Shown: piece after piece, positions 47,272 to 62,388 of the stretch
Position numbering within the stretch: position 1 is the first letter of the stretch
Layout: each line of letters starts with the position of its first letter
NCBI GenBank assembly: GCA_963836075.1
Contig: CAWIIB010000008.1
Span: 96,001-160,000, forward strand
Origin: an uncultured Acidobacteriota bacterium
GTDB taxonomy: Bacteria; Acidobacteriota; JAQAZP01
Length of the DNA: 64,000 bases
Direction: 5' to 3'
Made by a program: the position numbers and the translations under genes
Notes under the pieces: generated by a model
What the model saw: the letters and a program-made list of their open reading frames with translations, nothing else
The model's database searches: none
Told to the model about the DNA's origin: nothing

Positions 47272-48006
47272 ATGCCAGCCCGATACAGGTCGAGAAGAGG
47301 GGTCGCCGGCCATTGGCTGCCGGCGCTGCTCTGCTCCCTGCTGCTCTGTCTCGCCGCCGGTTGGGGCTGCGGTGACAAGGAGGAGGACGGGCCGGCGGTG
47401 GACCCCGAGAACGCCGCGGGAGAGGAATCGGGCAGCGAATGGCTGACGGCCCTGGAGCAGACCGGGGACCGGGAAGGCAACCGGTTGAAAGTCTTCATCT
47501 TCTACCAGTCATCCCGCCAGAACCTGCTGCTGCCGGAGGAGAACGAGATCTTCCGCACCGAACGGCTCACCGACCAGGCCAAACAGGTGATCGAACTGCT
47601 GGCCCGGGGCCCCGCCGGGGAAGGGGCGGTGTCGGCCCTGCCCCGGGGGACCAGACTGCGCTCCCTCTTTCTCTTCGAGGACGGCCTGGCGGTGGTGGAT
47701 TTCAGCGGCGAGATAAGTCGGGCCCACCCGGGCGGGGTCTGGGGCGAGCGGGCCTCGGTCTACGCGGTGGTCAATTCGCTGATCTTCAACTTCCCCTCCA
47801 TCCGCCGGGTGAAGATCCTGGTGGACGGCAGGGAGGCCGAAACCCTTGCCGGCCACCTGAGCCTCGACCGGCCCTTCGCCATGGACCTCTCCATGGTGGG
47901 ATCGCCGCTCTCCGCACCGGGCAGTGCCGGGACGACGGAGCAGAGACCCGAACTTCTGCCGCCGGCGGACAGCGCCGAAACCGCGGCCGGCGCCGGGACC
48001 GGGTGA
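47272..48006 (+). CDS. GerMN-domain lipoprotein
   Basis: Lipobox-like GWGC; LP.GT.L, VDFS, VNSL, VKILVDG...TLAGH. Confidence 0.88.
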   Translation: MPARYRSRRGVAGHWLPALLCSLLLCLAAGWGCGDKEEDGPAVDPENAAGEESGSEWLTALEQTGDREGNRLKVFIFYQSSRQNLLLPEENEIFRTERLTDQAKQVIELLARGPAGEGAVSALPRGTRLRSLFLFEDGLAVVDFSGEISRAHPGGVWGERASVYAVVNSLIFNFPSIRRVKILVDGREAETLAGHLSLDRPFAMDLSMVGSPLSAPGSAGTTEQRPELLPPADSAETAAGAGTG

Positions 48007-48008
48007 TC

Positions 48009-48821
48009 ATGGACCAGCGACCCATCGGTATTTTCGATTCCGGCATCGGCGGGCTCACCGTGCTGCGGGAAATGGCTGCAGCTCTTCCCGGCGAACGGAT
48101 GGTCTACCTGGGTGATACCGCCCGCCTGCCCTATGGCACCAAGTCGCCGGAGACCATCATCCGCTATTCCCTGCAGAACGCCCGCTTTCTGCTGGGCCAG
48201 GGGATCAAGCTGCTGGTGGTGGCCTGCAACAGCGCTTCCTCGGTGGCCATCCCCCGGCTGCAGGAGGAGATGCCGGTGCCGGTGATGGGAGTGATCGAGC
48301 CGGGGGCCCGGCGGGCGGCCGAAACCACCCGCAGCGGGGTGGTGGGCGTGATCGGCACCCGGGCCACCATCGCCAGCGGCGCCTACGAGCGGGCGATTAC
48401 CGCCCTGCGGCCCGGAGTGCGGCTGATCTCCCGCCCCTGCCCGCTGTTCGTCCCCCTGGTGGAGGAGGGCTGGGTGGACAACGAGATCTGCCGCCTCACC
48501 GTGCTGAGCTATCTCGGCGACCTGAAGACGGCGGAGCTGGACACGCTGGTGCTCGGCTGCACCCACTACCCGCTGCTCAAACAGGCCATCGGCGCGGCGC
48601 TGGGCGAAGGGGTCTCGCTGATCGACTCGGCCGAGGCGGTGGCCGGGCAGGTGTCCGAGCTTCTTCTCCGGGAAGGCCTGGAGCACGGGGCCCGGGACGG
48701 CGCCGGAGCGAGAGCATATTTCGTCACCGACGCTTCGGAGCGGTTCCGCGAGGTGGGGCAGCGCTGCCTGGGCCAGGATATCGAACGGCTGGAACTGGTG
48801 GACATCATGCCCGGGGCCTGA
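48009..48821 (+). CDS. murI: Glutamate racemase
   Basis: IGIFDSGIGG, PYGTK, VACNS, LGCTHYP. Confidence 0.96.
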   Translation: MDQRPIGIFDSGIGGLTVLREMAAALPGERMVYLGDTARLPYGTKSPETIIRYSLQNARFLLGQGIKLLVVACNSASSVAIPRLQEEMPVPVMGVIEPGARRAAETTRSGVVGVIGTRATIASGAYERAITALRPGVRLISRPCPLFVPLVEEGWVDNEICRLTVLSYLGDLKTAELDTLVLGCTHYPLLKQAIGAALGEGVSLIDSAEAVAGQVSELLLREGLEHGARDGAGARAYFVTDASERFREVGQRCLGQDIERLELVDIMPGA

Positions 48822-48869
48822 TATCTGAAATAGGTGACTGTCACCTCTTTCACTGAGGATTAAAATACG

Positions 48870-49625
48870 ATGACTGAACGAGCTGACGGACGAACCGCCG
48901 GTGAGATGCGGCCGGTGGAGATCAGCCCCGGCTTCATGCCGGCGGCCGAGGGTTCGGCGCTGATTTCGGTGGGAAACACCCGGGTCATCTGCTCGGCCAG
49001 CGTGGAAGAGGGGGTGCCCGGCTGGCGCGCCGGATCGGGCAAGGGCTGGGTCACGGCGGAATACGCCATGCTGCCCCGGGCCACCGACACGCGCAACCAG
49101 CGGGACTCCTCCCGGGGCGGGCCCTCGGGCCGCTCCCAGGAGATCCAGCGGCTGATCGGCCGGTCCCTCCGCGCGGTGACCCGCCTGGAGCTGTTGGGCG
49201 AACTTTCCATCTTCATCGACTGCGACGTGCTCCAGGCGGACGGCGGCACGCGCACCGCGTCCATCTCCGGCGGGTTCGTGGCCCTGGCCCTGGCCGTGGC
49301 CGGCCTGCGCCGGGAGGGCCGGGTGGAGCAGAACCCCTTCACCGACTCGGTGGCCGCCATCAGCGCCGGAATGATCGACGGGGAGCCGCGTCTGGACCTG
49401 GACTACGGCGAGGACTCCCGGGCCGAGGTGGACCTCAACCTGGTGGCCACCGGCGACGGCCGCCTGGTGGAGATCCAGGGCACGGCCGAGGGCGATCCCT
49501 TCTCCCGGGAGAACCTCGGCAGCCTGGTGGAACTGGGCATGGCCGGCGCGGACCGCATCCGGGACCTGCAGCGCACAGTTCTCGGCGGCCTCCAGGCCTG
49601 GCCCTTTGGCGAGGACGGCCGATGA
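48870..49625 (+). CDS. rph: Ribonuclease PH
   Basis: [41 protein letters not shown]. Confidence 0.97.
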   Translation: MTERADGRTAGEMRPVEISPGFMPAAEGSALISVGNTRVICSASVEEGVPGWRAGSGKGWVTAEYAMLPRATDTRNQRDSSRGGPSGRSQEIQRLIGRSLRAVTRLELLGELSIFIDCDVLQADGGTRTASISGGFVALALAVAGLRREGRVEQNPFTDSVAAISAGMIDGEPRLDLDYGEDSRAEVDLNLVATGDGRLVEIQGTAEGDPFSRENLGSLVELGMAGADRIRDLQRTVLGGLQAWPFGEDGR

Positions 49626-50254
49626 AACTGCTGCTGGCCACCCGCAACCAGGGCAAGGTCCGGGAAGCGGCCCGGCTGCTGGCGCACCTGCCGCTGGAGC
49701 TGGTCTCCCTCGATGATGCCGGGATTTACGAGGAAGCGGAGGAGACCGGTGAGACCTTCGAGGAAAACGCGGCCCAGAAGAGCCTGTTCTACAGCAGCCG
49801 CAGCGAACTCTGCACCCTGGCCGAAGACTCGGGCCTGGAAGTGGACGCCCTGGACGGCAGGCCCGGTGTCCGCTCCGCCCGTTACGGCGGGCCGGGGCTG
49901 GACGACGCCGGCCGGGTGCGGCAGGTGCTGCTGGAGATGGAGGGCGTGGAGCCCGCGCAGCGCGGGGCCCGTTTTATCAGCTTTGTGGCCCTGTCCCGCG
50001 GGGGACACCTGTTGCAGACCTGGCGCGGCAGTTGCGAGGGGGTGCTGCTCACCGAGCCCCGGGGCCAGGGGGGGTTCGGTTACGACCCTGTTTTTTACAG
50101 GCCGGACCTGGGAAAAACCACTGCCGAGATCACCATGGCCGAGAAGAACCGGATCAGTCACCGCGGCCAGGCCTTCCGCCGGCTGGCTGCAGGCCTGCTA
50201 ACCGTTTGTCCGGAACTCGCTTCGGGGCCCCATGGTGCAGTCAATAATTCTTGA
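49622..50254 (+). CDS. rdgB: Non-canonical purine NTP pyrophosphatase
   Basis: ATRNQGK, EDSGL, PGVRSAR, GFGYDP, KNRISHR. Confidence 0.96.
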   Translation: MKLLLATRNQGKVREAARLLAHLPLELVSLDDAGIYEEAEETGETFEENAAQKSLFYSSRSELCTLAEDSGLEVDALDGRPGVRSARYGGPGLDDAGRVRQVLLEMEGVEPAQRGARFISFVALSRGGHLLQTWRGSCEGVLLTEPRGQGGFGYDPVFYRPDLGKTTAEITMAEKNRISHRGQAFRRLAAGLLTVCPELASGPHGAVNNS

Positions 50255-50279
50255 CAACCATGAGGCCCTGTGCTAATTT
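50251..50279 (+). promoter_or_regulatory. Sigma70 promoter of the tRNA operon
   Basis: TTGACA-N17-TAATTT with an extended TGn, 13 bp before tRNA-Pro. Confidence 0.75.
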
Positions 50280-50292
50280 CCGCACCTGTTTT

Positions 50293-50369
<77 letters not shown>

Positions 50370-50461
50370 GGTCGCGGGCCTTCGGAAGCCTGTTTTACCA
50401 AGGGCTTCGCTGATCGGCGGGTTGGAGACAGACAGTTGACCGGGCCCCATGCCTGCAGCGT

Positions 50462-50538
<77 letters not shown>

Positions 50539-50571
50539 TTTCCAGCGTGGACTGCGGGTTGGTATCTGTGA

Positions 50572-50648
50572 GGTGAGTGTAGCTCAGTTGGTAGAGCACT
50601 GGATTGTGGTTCCAGTGGTCGAGGGTTCGATCCCCTTCACTCACCCCA
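50572..50648 (+). tRNA. tRNA-His(GTG)
   Basis: Encoded G-1, ctgga-ttGTGgt-tccag, C73-CCA. Confidence 0.97.
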
Positions 50649-50693
50649 ATTTACGATCGGCCGAGATAACCGGATGTTCCGGATTTTATATGT

Positions 50694-50770
50694 GCGCCCG
50701 TAGCTCAGCTGGATAGAGCGCTTGCCTCCGGAGCAAGAGGCCGCAGGTTCGAATCCTGCCGGGCGTACCA
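50694..50770 (+). tRNA. tRNA-Arg(CCG)
   Basis: cttgc-ctCCGga-gcaag, GGTTCGAATCC, CCA. Confidence 0.97.
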
Positions 50771-50822
50771 TCAAGACCTTATACGCTTTTCCCGATCGGA
50801 GCGGGGGGAGGCGGCAACCAGT

Positions 50823-50898
<76 letters not shown>

Positions 50899-51016
50899 CT
50901 TCTCTTCCTGCTCTGATGTCTTTCCAGATGCCGCGCCTCGACGATCAGGGAGGCACTTCGTCACACTGTCCCGTTCCAGATTTTGTGATACCTCGCCCCG
51001 GCGGGTGGTTTGTCGT

Positions 51017-51099
51017 GCGAAAGTGGCGGAACTGGTAGACGCGCTGGATTTAGGATCCAGTGGGCAACCGTGGGGGTTCGAGTCCCCCCTTTCGCACCA
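51017..51099 (+). tRNA. tRNA-Leu(TAG)
   Basis: ctgga-ttTAGga-tccag, variable arm, GGTTCGAGTCC, CCA; usual position before tig. Confidence 0.97.
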
Positions 51100-51200
51100 G
51101 CTCTGGTGATCACGGAGGGCGCCCCTCCGAAAGGAATATCGAAATCGGCCCGTGGATGCGGGCCGGCGATCTGAAACCGGAAAGGGAAGGAACCCCTGAG

Positions 51201-52505
51201 ATGAAAACCGAGTGGAAAGAGATCAGCCCGACCCGGAAAAGCCTCCGCGTGGAGATCCCGGCGGAAACAGTGGACGCCAAGGTCAAGGACACCCTGCAGA
51301 AACTGTCCTCCACGGTGACCCTGCCGGGGTTCCGCCCGGGCAAGGCTCCCATCAGCATGCTCAAGGCGCGGTTCAAGAAGGAGATCAAGGAAGAGGTTCT
51401 CGGCGACCTGGCCCCCGACATCATCAAGAAGGCCCTGGACGAGGAGAAACTCGATCCGGTGGACGATCCGAAGATGGAAGAGGTGGAGTTCAAGGACGGC
51501 GAACCGCTGGTCTTCACCGCCTCCATCGAGGTGGTGCCCCCCTTTGACCTGCCGGAATACAAGGGCCTGGCCCTGACCCGGGAAAAGGTGGAGACCGACG
51601 ACGAGGAGCTGGACACCATCCTGGAGAAGATGCGGGACGACGTGGCCCAGTGGGCGCCGGTTGAAGGCCGGTCCGCGGCGGAAAAGGACCTGATCCACCT
51701 CGACCTGGGCATCGCCTTCCAGGACGGTGACCAGGAGCCGGTGCAGCACAACGACCTGCCCTTTGTCCTCGGGGACTCCAACCTGCCGCCGGAGGTGGTG
51801 GAGACGATCACCGGGATGAAGCAGGGCGAGACGAAGAGCACCAAGGCCTTCACCTACCCCGAAGACTGGTACGATGCCAAGCTGGCCGGCAAAAAAGTGG
51901 TGGCCACGGTGGTGGTGAAGGAGATCAAGGTCAAGGATCTCCCCGACCTCGACGACGAATTCGGCAAGATGCTGGCCGGAAAGTACGGTAAAAAGGATAT
52001 TACCGACCTGGCCGGGTTCCGCGAGGCGCTTCGTGCCGACGTGCTCGAGGAAAAGGAATCGCGCCGCGAGCGGGCCCTGAAGGAAAAGGCGCTGGCCAAG
52101 GCGGCGGAGAAAGTGGAAGTGGAGATCCCGCAGTCGCTGATCGAGCGTGAGCTGCAGGTCCGCATGGAAGAGATCGCCATGGGGCTGAGCCAGCAGGGCA
52201 TTGATGTCCGCAGCGCCAACCTGGACTGGAACAAGATGCGCGAAGAGCACCGCGACGGGGCGGTGGACGCGGTGCGGCAGCAGCTGGTGGCCAACCGCAT
52301 CGGCACCGAGGAGAAGCTCACCGTCGACGAGAAGGAGCTGGACAAACGTCTGACCCAGATCGCGCTGCAGACCGGCGAGACCCTGGAGCAGATCAAGGAA
52401 CGGCTGGCCGAGGACGGCCGGTTGGGCCGTCTGCGCGACCAGGCCCAGCGGGACGCGGTTGTTGACTTCATTATCGCCAATGCTAATATTACAGAGGAGG
52501 CCTGA
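51201..52505 (+). CDS. tig: Trigger factor
   Basis: LPGFRPGKAP ribosome-binding motif; precedes clpP-clpX. Confidence 0.95.
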   Translation: MKTEWKEISPTRKSLRVEIPAETVDAKVKDTLQKLSSTVTLPGFRPGKAPISMLKARFKKEIKEEVLGDLAPDIIKKALDEEKLDPVDDPKMEEVEFKDGEPLVFTASIEVVPPFDLPEYKGLALTREKVETDDEELDTILEKMRDDVAQWAPVEGRSAAEKDLIHLDLGIAFQDGDQEPVQHNDLPFVLGDSNLPPEVVETITGMKQGETKSTKAFTYPEDWYDAKLAGKKVVATVVVKEIKVKDLPDLDDEFGKMLAGKYGKKDITDLAGFREALRADVLEEKESRRERALKEKALAKAAEKVEVEIPQSLIERELQVRMEEIAMGLSQQGIDVRSANLDWNKMREEHRDGAVDAVRQQLVANRIGTEEKLTVDEKELDKRLTQIALQTGETLEQIKERLAEDGRLGRLRDQAQRDAVVDFIIANANITEEA

Positions 52506-52511
52506 GATACA

Positions 52512-53108
52512 ATGCAACTGGTTCCCATGGTGGTCGAGCAGACCAATCGGGGCGAGCGGGCCTACGACATATTTTCCAGGCTCCTGAAAGACAACATCAT
52601 CTTCATCGGGACGCCCATCGACGATAACCTGGCCAACGTTGTCATCGCTCAGTTGCTCTTCCTCGAAGCTGAAAATCCGGAAAAGGACATCTCGCTCTAT
52701 ATCAACAGCCCGGGCGGGTCGATTACCTCGGGGATGGCCATTTACGACACGATGCAGTTCATCCGCCCCGATGTCTCCACAATCTGCATCGGTCAGGCGG
52801 CAAGCATGGCGGCGTTGCTGCTGGCCGCCGGGGCGAAGGACAAGCGGTTTGCCCTGCCCAACTCGCGGGTGATCATCCACCAGCCCATGGGCGGGTTTTC
52901 GGGACAGGCGTCGGATATCGACATTCAGGCCCGTGAAATCCTGCGGATGAGGACGAGTCTCAACGATATATTGGTAAAGCATTGCGGCCAACCTCTCGAA
53001 AAGATTGAAAAGGACACTGATCGCGATTCGATCATGACCGCCGAGGAGAGTCTGGCATACGGCCTGGTGGATCACGTGATCGAGAGAAAGGAAGCGGGCA
53101 AAAAATAG
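52512..53108 (+). CDS. clpP: ATP-dependent Clp protease proteolytic subunit
   Basis: [29 protein letters not shown]. Confidence 0.98.
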   Translation: MQLVPMVVEQTNRGERAYDIFSRLLKDNIIFIGTPIDDNLANVVIAQLLFLEAENPEKDISLYINSPGGSITSGMAIYDTMQFIRPDVSTICIGQAASMAALLLAAGAKDKRFALPNSRVIIHQPMGGFSGQASDIDIQAREILRMRTSLNDILVKHCGQPLEKIEKDTDRDSIMTAEESLAYGLVDHVIERKEAGKK

Positions 53109-53158
53109 ACGCCGATTGGCGGCGGATGTTGCCCGGGAATTTCCCAAGGAGTTGAACC

Positions 53159-54391
53159 GTGGACAACGAGGGCGAAAACGAACTGCTCAGATGTTCGTTC
53201 TGCAACAAGAGCCAGCGTGACGTGAAGAAGCTGATCGCCGGGCCCACTGTCTACATCTGCGACGAGTGTGTCGACATCTGTCTCGACATCATCGCCGAGG
53301 ACAAGATCCTCGAAAGCAGCGAGCTCAGGGTCCCGCTGCCCAAGCCCACCGAGATCAAAAGCTTTCTCGACGACTACGTCATCTCCCAGGGGGATGCCAA
53401 GAAGCGGCTCTCCGTGGCGGTGTACAACCACTACAAGCGGCTGAAGATCATCCGGCGCAAGAACGACGTGGAGCTGGCCAAGAGCAACATCCTGCTCATC
53501 GGGGACACCGGCACCGGCAAGACCCTGCTGGCCCAGACCCTGGCCCGGTTCCTCAGCGTGCCCTTCGCCCTGGTGGACGCCACCACGCTCACCGAGGCGG
53601 GCTATGTGGGCGAGGATGTGGAAAACATCATCCTCAAGCTGCTGCAGAACGCGGGCAACGACATCGAAAAGGCCCAGCGCGGCATCATCTACATCGACGA
53701 AGTGGACAAGATCAGCCGCAAGAGCGAGAACCCCTCGATCACCCGCGACGTGTCGGGAGAAGGGGTTCAGCAGGCCCTGCTCAAGATCCTCGAGGGGACG
53801 GTGGCCAATGTCCCGCCCCAGGGCGGGAGGAAGCACCCCCACCAGGAATTCTTCCACGTCGACACCACGCACATCCTGTTCATCGTCGGCGGCGCCTTTG
53901 TCGGCCTGGACAAGATCATCGAGCAGCGGGTGGCCCAGAAATCCCTCGGCTTCACCGCCGACGTGGAAGTCGGCAAGGAGCGGGTGGACAACCTGATCAA
54001 GCAGGTGATGCCCGAAGATCTGATCAAGTTCGGCCTGATCCCGGAGTTCGTGGGCCGGCTGCCGGTGGTGGCCACCCTGCAGCACCTGGACGAACATGCG
54101 CTGCTGCGGATCCTCACCGAGCCGAAGAACGCCCTGACCAAGCAGTATTCCAAGATATTTGAATTCGACAACGTCACCCTCACCTTCACCCCCGAAGCCC
54201 TGGAGGCCATCGCCGCCGAGGCCGCGCAGCGCAAGCTGGGCGCCCGCGGGTTGCGGGTGATCATGGAGGAGCGGATGCTGGAGGCGATGTACAACCTGCC
54301 CTCCAAGGCCGGGGTGACCGAATGCGTGATCACCCGGGAAACCGTGGTGAACAAGGAAAGCCCGATAATCATTTACGAGAAGGCCGGCTAG
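53159..54391 (+). CDS. clpX: Clp protease ATP-binding subunit ClpX
   Basis: CSFC...ICDEC zinc finger, [25 protein letters not shown]. Confidence 0.98.
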   Translation: MDNEGENELLRCSFCNKSQRDVKKLIAGPTVYICDECVDICLDIIAEDKILESSELRVPLPKPTEIKSFLDDYVISQGDAKKRLSVAVYNHYKRLKIIRRKNDVELAKSNILLIGDTGTGKTLLAQTLARFLSVPFALVDATTLTEAGYVGEDVENIILKLLQNAGNDIEKAQRGIIYIDEVDKISRKSENPSITRDVSGEGVQQALLKILEGTVANVPPQGGRKHPHQEFFHVDTTHILFIVGGAFVGLDKIIEQRVAQKSLGFTADVEVGKERVDNLIKQVMPEDLIKFGLIPEFVGRLPVVATLQHLDEHALLRILTEPKNALTKQYSKIFEFDNVTLTFTPEALEAIAAEAAQRKLGARGLRVIMEERMLEAMYNLPSKAGVTECVITRETVVNKESPIIIYEKAG

Positions 54392-54575
54392 AACCGGCCC
54401 GGGAACCCTATTGCCCTCAGGATACCAACTGCACTGCGCGGGACCCGCCGAAACAAAAGCGAGCCAGGGCGGCGGTGCCCCAACTGAACCCCTGACCGGA
54501 GCAATCGTATACCGTTTCTAACGAACAGGCCGGGCGCCGACTCCTCCATCGGACTGCGGCGCCTGGAGGTGCCAC

Positions 54576-57014
<2,439 letters not shown>

Positions 57015-57091
57015 CCTGTCTGCTGCAGGGCAGCGGCGCCGCAGGGGCGGCGGGGGCGGAGTCCGGCCGGCGCACCACCTGAATCAGGGAA

Positions 57092-57715
57092 ATGAAGATC
57101 ACATCGGCCACACTGATCCGCAGCTATGCATCACCCGGAGAGGGCTTCATCAGGGATGGCCTGCCGGAGGCGGCGTTCATGGGGCGCAGCAACGTGGGCA
57201 AGTCGAGTCTGATCAACGGGCTGCTGCGCCGCAAGAAACTGGCCCGCACCAGCCAGACGCCGGGCAAGACCAGGCTGGCCCACTTTTACCTGGTGAACGA
57301 CAGCTGTTACTTCGTCGACCTGCCCGGCTACGGCTATGCCAAGGTCTCGAAGACGGAGCAGGAGAAGTGGAAGATCCTGGTGGAGGGGTACCTCAGCCGG
57401 CAAAAACGGCCGGTGATCTCACTGCTGCTCCTCGACTGCCGGCACCAGCCCACCGCGGCGGACCGGCAGCTCCGGGACTGGCTGGAGCACAACCGGCTGG
57501 GCTTTCTGGTGGTGCTGACCAAGTCGGACAAACTCTCCCGCTCGCGGGTGCAGCGCGCCGCGGCGGAGATCAGAAAGGTCTTTCTGGAGGGCCTCGAGGT
57601 TCCGGTGATCCCGTTTTCATCGAAGAACGGCACCGGGCGTGACGAACTGTGGAAAGAGCTGGACGCCCGTTTTCGCGAGGCGTCGGACCGGACCGACGGG
57701 GAGGTGCCCGACTGA
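57092..57715 (+). CDS. engB: Ribosome biogenesis GTPase YihA/EngB
   Basis: GRSNVGKSS, TPGKT, DLPGYGYA, TKSD. Confidence 0.96.
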   Translation: MKITSATLIRSYASPGEGFIRDGLPEAAFMGRSNVGKSSLINGLLRRKKLARTSQTPGKTRLAHFYLVNDSCYFVDLPGYGYAKVSKTEQEKWKILVEGYLSRQKRPVISLLLLDCRHQPTAADRQLRDWLEHNRLGFLVVLTKSDKLSRSRVQRAAAEIRKVFLEGLEVPVIPFSSKNGTGRDELWKELDARFREASDRTDGEVPD

Positions 57716-57807
57716 CGAGATAAACCGTATGCACGGATTTCAAGATATTTTCAACCACCCGGCCGGGGCCGCTCGGCTCCCGGCGACCACAGACAGATGA
57801 GGATGAT

Positions 57808-59065
<1,258 letters not shown>

Positions 59066-59168
59066 GCCTGATTTTTGCGTTGAACCGGCCGTGGACGAAG
59101 AGTATAATCGGCGCTTCATCACCGGGGACGATCCTGTCCCACGTGAATGCGCGATGTGAGGATTGGTT

Positions 59169-59391
59169 ATGAGAGAAGGAATTCACCCCGAGTACAAGGA
59201 AATTGTGGTGACCTGCGCCTGCGGCGAGGAATTCACCACCAAATCCACCAAGGACAATCTCCGGTTGGAGATCTGCTCCAAGTGCCACCCCTTCTTCACC
59301 GGCAAGCAGAAGCTGGTGGACTCCGCCGGTATGGTGGAGAAATTCGAGCGCCGTTACGGCAAGAAGGGCGAGAAAACCCGCCGAGAAGTAA
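59169..59391 (+). CDS. rpmE: 50S ribosomal protein L31 (zinc-binding type); an extra A near 59375 hides the stop
   Basis: [23 protein letters not shown]; removing one A gives ...KKGEKPAEK* at TAA 59389-59391. Confidence 0.93.
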
Positions 59392-59466
59392 ACCCTCCCG
59401 GCCGGTGTTCCCCCTTTCCCCGCACTGGCGGAACTCTCCCCGCGGCTTTCCGGCAGGGCATGGACC

Positions 59467-60553
59467 ATGCTGCAAACGCTCCAGGAGCTGGAAAAGACCT
59501 ACGAGGCGCTCACCGCCAGTCTGGGCGATCCGGAGCTGCTGGCCAACCGGGATGAATACCGGAAAGCCACGCGGAAGCGGTCGGAGCTGGAGCCGGTGGT
59601 GGAGTGCTACCGCGAGTATCTCCGTGTCCAGCGCGAGCTGGCCGACACCGAGCAGATGCTCGAGGAAATGGGCCGTGACGTGGGCGAGGCCGAGATGCGC
59701 GAACTGGCCAGCCAGGAGCTGGACACCCTGCGCGCACAGCTGGAGCAGTTCACCGCCGACCTGAAGCTGATGCTCCTGCCCAGGGACCCCAACGACGAGA
59801 AGAACGTCCTGCTGGAGATCCGTGCCGGCACCGGCGGGGAAGAGGCGGCGCTCTTTGCCGCCGAGATCTACCGCATGTACTCCCGCTACGCCGAACGGCG
59901 CGGCTGGAAGCGCGAGGTGATGTACACCAACGAAACCGGTATCGGCGGACTCAAGGAGGTCGGCGGTGCTGGTGGAGGGCGACCAGGTCTTCAGCCGCCT
60001 GAAGTACGAGAGCGGGGTGCATCGGGTCCAGCGGGTGCCCCAGACCGAGGCCAGCGGCCGGATCCACACCTCGGCGGTCACCGTGGCGGTGATGCCCGAG
60101 GCCGAGGATGTGGACGTGGAGATCGACGAGGACGAGCTGCGCATCGACCGCTTCTGTTCCTCGGGCCCCGGCGGCCAGTCGGTGAACACCACCCAGTCGG
60201 CGATCCGCATCACCCACCTGCCCACCGGGCTGGTGGTCTCCTGCCAGGACGAGAAGTCCCAGCACAAGAACAAGGCCAAGGCGCTGCGGGTGCTCCGCTC
60301 GCGGCTGCAGGACCTCGCCATGCAGGAGCATGAGCAGGTCCAGTCCGCCGCCCGCCGCAGCCAGGTGGGCAGCGGGGACCGCAGCGAGAAGATCCGCACC
60401 TACAACTTTCCCCAGAACCGGGTCTCGGACCACCGCCTGAATCTCACCGTCCACCGCCTGGAGCAGGTGCTGGACGGCGACCTGGACGAGTTCATCGACG
60501 CGCTGATCAACCACGACCAGGCCGCGCAGTTGAAGGACGGCGCCACTACCTGA
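59467..60553 (+). CDS. prfA: Peptide chain release factor 1, one insertion near 59962
   Basis: [14 protein letters not shown]; [14 protein letters not shown] (PxT marks RF1), [21 protein letters not shown]; followed by prmC. Confidence 0.95.
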
Positions 60554-60559
60554 GAACCC

Positions 60560-61414
60560 GTGATGATCGACTCCACGCCGGTCACCATCCGCCAGGCCCT
60601 GGGACGGGCAGCCGCAGAGTTGTCTGTCATGGATGCCGAACTGCTGCTGGCCCACGCCCTGGGCTGCGAGAGGGAGCTCTTCTTCCGTGAACCGGAGCGG
60701 CCGCTGAAACCCGGAGAACGGGAGCGGTTCGGAGTCCTGATGGCCCGGCGGGCCGCCGGCGAACCGCTGCAGCACATCACCGGGGTGCAGGAGTTCTGGT
60801 CAATCGAGTTCAAGATTGACGGCCGGGCGCTGATTCCCCGGCCCGAAACCGAGCACCTGGTGGAGGCGGCGCTGGAGCGGATACCCCTCGATGCCGCTAC
60901 CCCGGTCCTCGACCTCTGCACCGGCAGCGGTATCGTGGCCGCGGTGCTGGCCCGGGAGCGCCCCCGGGCCGAGATCACCGCCACCGACATCAGCCCCGAC
61001 GCCCTGGCCCTGGCCGGGGAGAACCTGCTGGCTCTGGGACTGCAGGAACGGGTAAAGCTGCTCCGCGGCGATCTCTTCGCACCCCTGGGCCCGCCGGAAC
61101 CCCGCTTTGACGTGATCACCGCCAATCCCCCCTACATCAGCGAGGCCGAACTGTCGCAGTTGGACCGCGAGGTGCGGGACCACGAACCGCTGGCGGCACT
61201 GGACGGCGGACCGGACGGCACGGACCTGATCCGGCGGATCATGAAAGAGGCCGTTGCCTGGCTCAGGCCCGGCGGCTGGCTGCTGATGGAGGTGGGCGCC
61301 GGGCAGTGGGGCACCGTGGAGAAGATCGCCCTCCAGACCGGCGGCTGGGGTGAGCCGGCCTGGATCAGCGACCTGGCCGGCTATCGCCGGGTGCTCTGCC
61401 TGCCCCTGGTCTGA
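60560..61414 (+). CDS. prmC: Release factor glutamine methyltransferase
   Basis: GEPLQHI, LIPRPETE, DLCTGSG, NPPY, EP..ALDGG. Confidence 0.96.
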   Translation: MMIDSTPVTIRQALGRAAAELSVMDAELLLAHALGCERELFFREPERPLKPGERERFGVLMARRAAGEPLQHITGVQEFWSIEFKIDGRALIPRPETEHLVEAALERIPLDAATPVLDLCTGSGIVAAVLARERPRAEITATDISPDALALAGENLLALGLQERVKLLRGDLFAPLGPPEPRFDVITANPPYISEAELSQLDREVRDHEPLAALDGGPDGTDLIRRIMKEAVAWLRPGGWLLMEVGAGQWGTVEKIALQTGGWGEPAWISDLAGYRRVLCLPLV

Positions 61415-61528
61415 TCCACCGACCGCTACCGTCACCCGTGCCGGTCGTTATCTCTTCCCGTAGACGTAGATCTCACTGAAGTCAGTGTCCGTGTCTCCGG
61501 AGGGAGCGAAGGGCGGGCCATGGACAAA

Positions 61529-61571
61529 TCACTTGCAATAAAAAGTGGAAAGTGCTATTAATTGCAAGTGA
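61529..61571 (+). promoter_or_regulatory. Promoter with 11-bp inverted-repeat operator for the AbiE pair
   Basis: TCACTTGCAAT-N21-ATTGCAAGTGA perfect IR overlapping TTGCAA-N17-TATTAA (TG-extended). Confidence 0.75.
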
Positions 61572-61572
61572 A

Positions 61573-62388
61573 ATGAGCAAGATGAAAACATCCGGAATAC
61601 TGCGATCGGGTGCTGCGGCCGAATTTGTTGAGAACCGGCTGGCGGAGGGAACTGTCTCGTTCATCCTTCGTGAACTGGTTGATTATTCAGGGCTTTCGGT
61701 TATCGCGGCCAACAACCAGCTGCTACGACTGAAACACCGGGTGGTCCGTGTATCGAGACCGCAGCCGTTCTTTCTTATCGTTCCTCCGCAGCATCGACCC
61801 ATGGGCGCTCCGCCCGTTGAATGGTGGCTGGACGACTACTTTCGCTGGCTGGGCCACCCGTACTACCTGGCGCTGCTCTCAGCTGCTGAAGTGTATGGTG
61901 CCGCTCCTCAGGCAGTGCTGGTTCACCAGGTCATGACGGATGTTCCCCGGCGGGAGGTGACCGTGGGGCGCTTGCGGGTCCGGTTTTTTATGAAGCGCGG
62001 GATATCGAAAACATTGGTCCGGCAGCCGGCGAAAGCGTATGCGCCGCTGAAGGTCAGCACTCCGGAAGCCACCGCCCTCGATCTGGTCCGCTACGCCGGG
62101 AGGATCGGCGGTTTCGGCCGGGCGATGGAAACGATTGTTCCTTTATTGCCAAAGCTCCGCGGTCGAGAACTGAAACGAGCCCTCGATGCTGAGTGCGATA
62201 CGGCGTCGGCACAGCGACTTGGCTACCTGGTCGAAAAAGCTGGTGCACATCATTTGGCCGGGGTGATCCATCGCTGGCTGCCCCCTCGCGTGAACTGGGT
62301 CTCCCTGGGCTCGGCGGAGGGAGGCGCATCTAGGGAGCACCGGGAGGAGCGCTGGAAGATTATCCTGCCGGCGGGGGGATTGCCATGA
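61573..62388 (+). CDS. abiEi: Type IV TA antitoxin, AbiEi family
   Basis: N-terminal wHTH-like part; YYLALLSAA..YGA..QA...QV, VSTPEATALDL, QRLGYL. Confidence 0.85.
   Translation: MSKMKTSGILRSGAAAEFVENRLAEGTVSFILRELVDYSGLSVIAANNQLLRLKHRVVRVSRPQPFFLIVPPQHRPMGAPPVEWWLDDYFRWLGHPYYLALLSAAEVYGAAPQAVLVHQVMTDVPRREVTVGRLRVRFFMKRGISKTLVRQPAKAYAPLKVSTPEATALDLVRYAGRIGGFGRAMETIVPLLPKLRGRELKRALDAECDTASAQRLGYLVEKAGAHHLAGVIHRWLPPRVNWVSLGSAEGGASREHREERWKIILPAGGLP

Noticed and set aside
59940-59990. Programmed ribosomal frameshift in the release factor
   Set aside because: The protein is RF1 (PQT motif, followed by prmC). There is no CTT-TGA slippery site with an internal SD as in prfB, and the break matches the window-wide +1 error pattern.
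61455-61525. Possible minus-strand gene tail (...GDTDTDFSEIYVYGKR*) between prmC and abiEi
   Set aside because: Too short, no start codon and no recognisable family.
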